From Deltaproteobacteria bacterium (GTDB taxonomy: Bacteria > Desulfobacterota > Syntrophia > Syntrophales > UBA2210), in NCBI GenBank assembly GCA_016933965.1, contig JAFGTS010000044.1:59533-123532 (forward strand): a stretch of DNA of 64,000 nt, written 5' to 3'. Under the pieces are notes generated by a model that searched no databases, was not told the origin of the DNA, and saw only the letters and a list, made by a program, of their open reading frames with translations. The translations under genes and the position numbers were made by a program. Below, one piece after another: positions 60,339-64,000 of this stretch (position 1 is its first letter; every line of letters begins with the position of its first letter).

Positions 60339-62006
60339 TCACATCCGTTCCGGTGCCGTGACTCCCAGTAACGTCAAGGCGTTCCTCAAAACCGTACCAA
60401 CGCATTTGACAAGGAACAATCGTGCCAGTGAAAGTGCCTTGTCATCGGTAACGACGCGGTGCTTATTGTAATAGCTGTGGAATTTCGATGCAAGGTCATT
60501 GCAGTAAAATGTGATGCGGTGCGGTTCGAGCGATACGGCGCTTCCCTCGATAAGTTCGGGGTACCGGTCGATTATCTTCACCAGTTCATGTTCCTCCGGA
60601 ATAGACAGCAGAGCGACGTCGATATCGTCATATCCCGGAATTCTTTCGTAACCACGCTCCGCCGCGGTTCTCATGATGCTTGCGATCCTGGCGTGGGCGT
60701 ACTGGACGTAATAGACGGGGTTTTCGTTCGATTGTTCCTTGGCGAGCTCCAGATCGAAATCAAGGTGGCTGTTCGAACGGCGCATGAGGTAATTATACCG
60801 TGCGGCGTCCCGGCCCACTTCGTCGATGACCTCGCGGAGGGTTACGAACTCGCCGGCTCTCGTGGACATGGCGATGGGCCTGCCCCTCCTGAGGAGATTG
60901 ACGAGCTGGACGAGAATGATCTCCAGGTCCTCCTTCTCCCTGCCGAGGGCCTGTATGCCGGCGTACATGCGGGGTACGTATCCGTGATGATCGGCCCCCC
61001 AGACATCGATGACCCGTTCGAATCCCCGGGAATACTTGTTCAAATGATAGGCGATATCGGCGGCAAAATAGGTCGGCTCACCGTTCTCCCGCACCACGAC
61101 CCGGTCTTTCTCGTCACCGAAAGCGGTCGTTTTGAACCAGAGTGTTGCGCCGTCACGGTAGATGAACCCCTTTTCCTCCAGCTCGCCGAGCAGCGCCGAT
61201 ACCCCGTCGTCCCGGTAGAGCTCCCTTTCACTGAAGTAACAGTCGAAGACGACGCCGAACTCCTTGAGGTCATCCTTGATTCCTTCAAGAATGGAAGCGG
61301 CGGCATAGTCCGTCATGAGCGGGACGACCTCATCATCACTTTTTAAGAGAAGGGTGTCGCCGTACTGTTCTTTCATGTCCCGCGCCAGGCCGGAAATGTA
61401 ATCCCCCTGGTAACAGGTTTCGGGAAACTCAACCGCTTCGCCGGACAGCTCGCGGTATCGAAGCCAGACCGACCTGCCGAGAATGTTCATCTGCTTCCCT
61501 GCGTCATTGATGTAATATTCTCTCGATACCTCATGGCCCGTTGCGGCCAGGATCGCCGCCGTCACATCTCCGATGACGGCCCCCCGGGCATGGCCGACGT
61601 GGAGCGGACCCGTGGGGTTGGCGCTGACGAATTCAACCTGAACCCTCATGCCTCCACCCATGTCCGATTTCCCGTAGTCATCTCCCCGCTCGTCCACCTC
61701 TTTGAGCAGTGTGACCCACACATCTTCTCTGATGAAGAAATTTATGAATCCCGGCCCGGCTATTTCCACGGAATCCAGGATTGCGTCATGATCATCGATA
61801 TTCTCCACGATGGCGGCCGCTATTTTCCGTGGGTTCGTCCGCTGGAACGATGCAATGGCCATGGCGATGTTCGTCGCATAGTCGCCGTGGGTCCCCTCGC
61901 GGGGGAGTTCCACTTCGACGGTCGGAAGGGTGCAGGGCGAAAGAAGTCCCTTTTCAAAGCAGGAATGGATTGATTCGGTGATAAGGGTGATCAATTTCTT
62001 TTTCAT
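60339..62006 (-). CDS. argS: Arginine--tRNA ligase
   Basis: 555 aa; class I HIGH-type motif [14 protein letters not shown] and the MSTR variant of KMSKS ([10 protein letters not shown]). Confidence 0.95.
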   Translation of the reverse strand: MKKKLITLITESIHSCFEKGLLSPCTLPTVEVELPREGTHGDYATNIAMAIASFQRTNPRKIAAAIVENIDDHDAILDSVEIAGPGFINFFIREDVWVTLLKEVDERGDDYGKSDMGGGMRVQVEFVSANPTGPLHVGHARGAVIGDVTAAILAATGHEVSREYYINDAGKQMNILGRSVWLRYRELSGEAVEFPETCYQGDYISGLARDMKEQYGDTLLLKSDDEVVPLMTDYAAASILEGIKDDLKEFGVVFDCYFSERELYRDDGVSALLGELEEKGFIYRDGATLWFKTTAFGDEKDRVVVRENGEPTYFAADIAYHLNKYSRGFERVIDVWGADHHGYVPRMYAGIQALGREKEDLEIILVQLVNLLRRGRPIAMSTRAGEFVTLREVIDEVGRDAARYNYLMRRSNSHLDFDLELAKEQSNENPVYYVQYAHARIASIMRTAAERGYERIPGYDDIDVALLSIPEEHELVKIIDRYPELIEGSAVSLEPHRITFYCNDLASKFHSYYNKHRVVTDDKALSLARLFLVKCVGTVLRNALTLLGVTAPERM

Positions 62007-62292
62007 GAGGGTTCCGATTCCTCCAGGACATAAAAAATGAAAAAGTTGGCAACAGGGCCAACCTTTTCAGGGCTCTCAAGTTGCGAGGTTTTTACAAATA
62101 TTCTCCATGTCCTGTCAACTCATTTTTTCATGCTTGTTCGTTGGAATGATCGTCATCAATTTACCAAATTTTGCCACTCCGGTATATGAGGATATAGAAA
62201 CAGTGACGAAAATGACAAGAAGCGTTCCCAAAGACCACAGACCGATTTTATTATTCAGCATGAAGAGGAATCCGCCAGGGGGCCGTTCTTTA

Positions 62293-62322
62293 TTGACTTT
62301 GTTGCAAAAGGGCCTTTATAGT
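62293..62322 (+). promoter_or_regulatory. Candidate sigma70 promoter for the secreted coiled-coil protein gene
   Basis: TTGACT (62293-62298), 18 nt, TATAGT (62317-62322). Confidence 0.4.
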
Positions 62323-62410
62323 AACTAACATCTGTTGTGGGATAGTGGTTGGCGAAATCTCTTCTCGTCGTTTCAATCATTATTATTCACCCTGTGATAC
62401 GGAGGGCTTT

Positions 62411-62950
62411 ATGAGGAAAATCATTATCACATCAATGATGATCGTCCTGTTTTTCTGCCTGCATTCTCAGGTGCTGGCGGCCTATCACATCGTTCTTGAG
62501 AACGGTGCGGAATTTTACACGCATCACTACTGGGAAGAGAACGGTCAGATCATGTTCTATGCCCGTGGGGGAATTATCGGTGTTGAACGGAGTGCCGTGA
62601 AGAGAATTGAAAATTCAGATATGCCCTCCCGAGAGCAGAAACCGGAACCAGTGTCACTTCCTGCCGGGGAAGAGACACCGGGGAAGCCATCTGTGGCCGG
62701 TGAAAAGAGTGATGCAGTGCAGGCCGACATCCCGTTGATGATGGCAAAAAAGAAACAGCTTGACAAAGAAATAGCTGAGGCTGAAGAAGCTTTTGGCAGA
62801 GTCCGCAACAGTGGAAACGAGAAGGAACTGGAAAAAGCCCGAAACCGCCTTTCCTCGCTTCTCTATCGCGAGTCCCAACTGTTCAAGGAGGCCAAGGAAG
62901 CGGCCGGCGGAAAGGTCCCCGACTGGTGGAATGCAAAGCCCGGTATATAA
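62411..62950 (+). CDS. Secreted hypothetical protein (small N-terminal domain plus charged coiled-coil tail)
   Basis: ORF 62345..62950; ATG 62411 preceded by SD ggaggg; signal peptide MRKIIITSMMIVLFFCLHSQVLA-AY; Lys/Glu-rich helical C-terminus. Confidence 0.6.
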   Translation: MRKIIITSMMIVLFFCLHSQVLAAYHIVLENGAEFYTHHYWEENGQIMFYARGGIIGVERSAVKRIENSDMPSREQKPEPVSLPAGEETPGKPSVAGEKSDAVQADIPLMMAKKKQLDKEIAEAEEAFGRVRNSGNEKELEKARNRLSSLLYRESQLFKEAKEAAGGKVPDWWNAKPGI

Positions 62951-63001
62951 CCAACCCTGAAGGTGAATTCGGGTTGATGGTACGGTTCACGGTTAATACC
63001 A

Positions 63002-64000
63002 TTAATTCCGGACTTCCTCCCGCCAGGCAACGATTGAAAGGTCATTGAGGGGTACAATATATTTGTCCTTCAGAGCCGTATCATAAAAGAGGTCTCCGCC
63101 GTTGTGCATGAGGACTGTGGAACCCCAGACGGAACCGCAGAAATTGGAAGAGCTGTTCAGTTCAATTTCATCAGCCCGCGGAGCATAGATGAGCCCCTTG
63201 AGGGTTCCTGTATTGTGAAACCGGATGCCCGCAGCTGAGTTGGAAAAGAGAGAGAAATTTGCGGGGTCCCCGGAAATTTTGATAACCGACGAATCTCTGG
63301 CATTGAAGATGTCGAGACCGGTAAAACAGCAGTCCGGTTCCTTGAGATACATATGTACCTCATTATGCGCGTTCATGATTTCGAGCATCTGCCCCTGATT
63401 GAGCGTGACCGAACCCTCGACATAAATATTGACCGGTCCCTCCGAGGCGTCTATCACAAGTTTTCCGTTTGCCCCTTCTTTTTTATCGATGATGATTTCA
63501 TTGAAATAGTAAGTCCCTGCTGTGATTGTTGCTGTAATGCCTTCCACGTTCAGTATCCCTGGAAGTGAGCCGTTGTCATTATTGAATTGCACATGATCAA
63601 AAGAGTCATTGTAACACTGGTTTAGAACACCCAGTGGATCAGGATTGATCCACCCTGATTCAATTCCTTCGACGCCGGTAACGGTGTACTTTCTTTCCGG
63701 TGTTCTGAAATCTGCCCGTTCGTCCGGGTTGTCCCCGTCGGTACCGAGAATCACGTCACCGTCGATATAGGTGCCATCCTCGATTTTCACTTTCCCATTG
63801 GAACCTATGTCACCTTCACCGGTTGAAACAAAGTCCGCGTCACCCGGTTGCGGTCCCCGGCGGTGATCGTAACTGTATACATGTCCCCTCGATTTTCCAT
63901 CGAATTTATTGTTGCCGAATGCCGCAAAAGGAATTGCTGGGCCTGTTTCCCTGATAAAGTGCACAGCCACTGTAACGGATGCATTTTCAGGCCCTGTTCC
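63002..64000 (-). CDS. Partial (N-terminus off-window) PilX/TadG-like putative pilus-associated beta-rich protein
   Basis: The frame stays open to the window edge; the C-terminal block GLIYAPRADEIELNSSSNFCGSVWGSTVLMHNGGDLFYDTAL resembles the conserved tail of PilX/TadG-like (DUF7305-type) proteins (from memory). Confidence 0.45.
   Translation of the reverse strand, partial: GTGPENASVTVAVHFIRETGPAIPFAAFGNNKFDGKSRGHVYSYDHRRGPQPGDADFVSTGEGDIGSNGKVKIEDGTYIDGDVILGTDGDNPDERADFRTPERKYTVTGVEGIESGWINPDPLGVLNQCYNDSFDHVQFNNDNGSLPGILNVEGITATITAGTYYFNEIIIDKKEGANGKLVIDASEGPVNIYVEGSVTLNQGQMLEIMNAHNEVHMYLKEPDCCFTGLDIFNARDSSVIKISGDPANFSLFSNSAAGIRFHNTGTLKGLIYAPRADEIELNSSSNFCGSVWGSTVLMHNGGDLFYDTALKDKYIVPLNDLSIVAWREEVRN

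Noticed and set aside
62107-62328. Small TM-like ORFs in the AT-rich argS upstream spacer: a 73-aa ORF on + and a 48-aa ORF on - (62115-62261, MLNNKIGLWSLGTLLVIFVTVSISSY...).
   Set aside because: Hydrophobic-looking ORFs occur on both strands of the same AT-rich DNA, where T-rich codons encode Phe/Leu/Ile. Neither has a convincing Shine-Dalgarno sequence. There is no conservation evidence available.

Overview
64-kb chromosomal segment from a moderately high-GC bacterium (roughly 55-60% GC by eye). Synteny and gene content look deltaproteobacterial/Desulfobacterota-like; that placement is inference, based on hslVU-argBDFGH-lysA-dapAB, ffh-rpsP-rimM-trmD-rplS-rnhB, an AddAB-type helicase-nuclease, acyl-CoA genes and apparent selenocysteine use. 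I can support about 70 protein genes and 4 tRNAs (Gly-GCC and Cys-GCA on +, Lys-CTT and Arg-TCG on -). I found no rRNA, CRISPR array, transposase or phage genes. Most of the window is tightly packed housekeeping sequence: (i) a co-directional + block at 0.2-16.5 kb (miaB, xerC, hslVU, argBDFGH, lysA, dapAB, folK, tal, pgsA); (ii) a - block at 21.5-26.6 kb (M48/TPR protease, pepA, two peptide-ABC ATPases); (iii) cmk-rpsA-sppA-ihfB; (iv) a - block at 31.8-39.9 kb (Nudix, unknown, sirtuin, AddB, AddA, small sigma-region-4 protein); (v) an incomplete Man-type PTS, rimI and pyrKD; (vi) a low-GC islet of small genes at 45.3-48.0 kb; (vii) lipA and a MoxR/VWA pair; (viii) the ffh/trmD ribosomal operon and argS. 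No large novel multi-gene system is evident. The observations most worth a second look are: (1) an AhpD/CMD-family gene interrupted by an in-frame TGA at the CxxC position (CxxU), followed by a SECIS-like hairpin, with both halves too short for the supplied ORF track; (2) a 92-aa protein joining a Cys-rich N-terminus to an RpoD-like region 4.2 HTH; (3) three different tandem-repeat arrays, including 10 x TAATCC (GGAUUA on the transcribed strand), in the yraN-rsmI intergenic leader; (4) the Nudix-unknown-sirtuin-AddBA co-directional cluster. The many long ORFs antisense to real genes are codon-register shadows.
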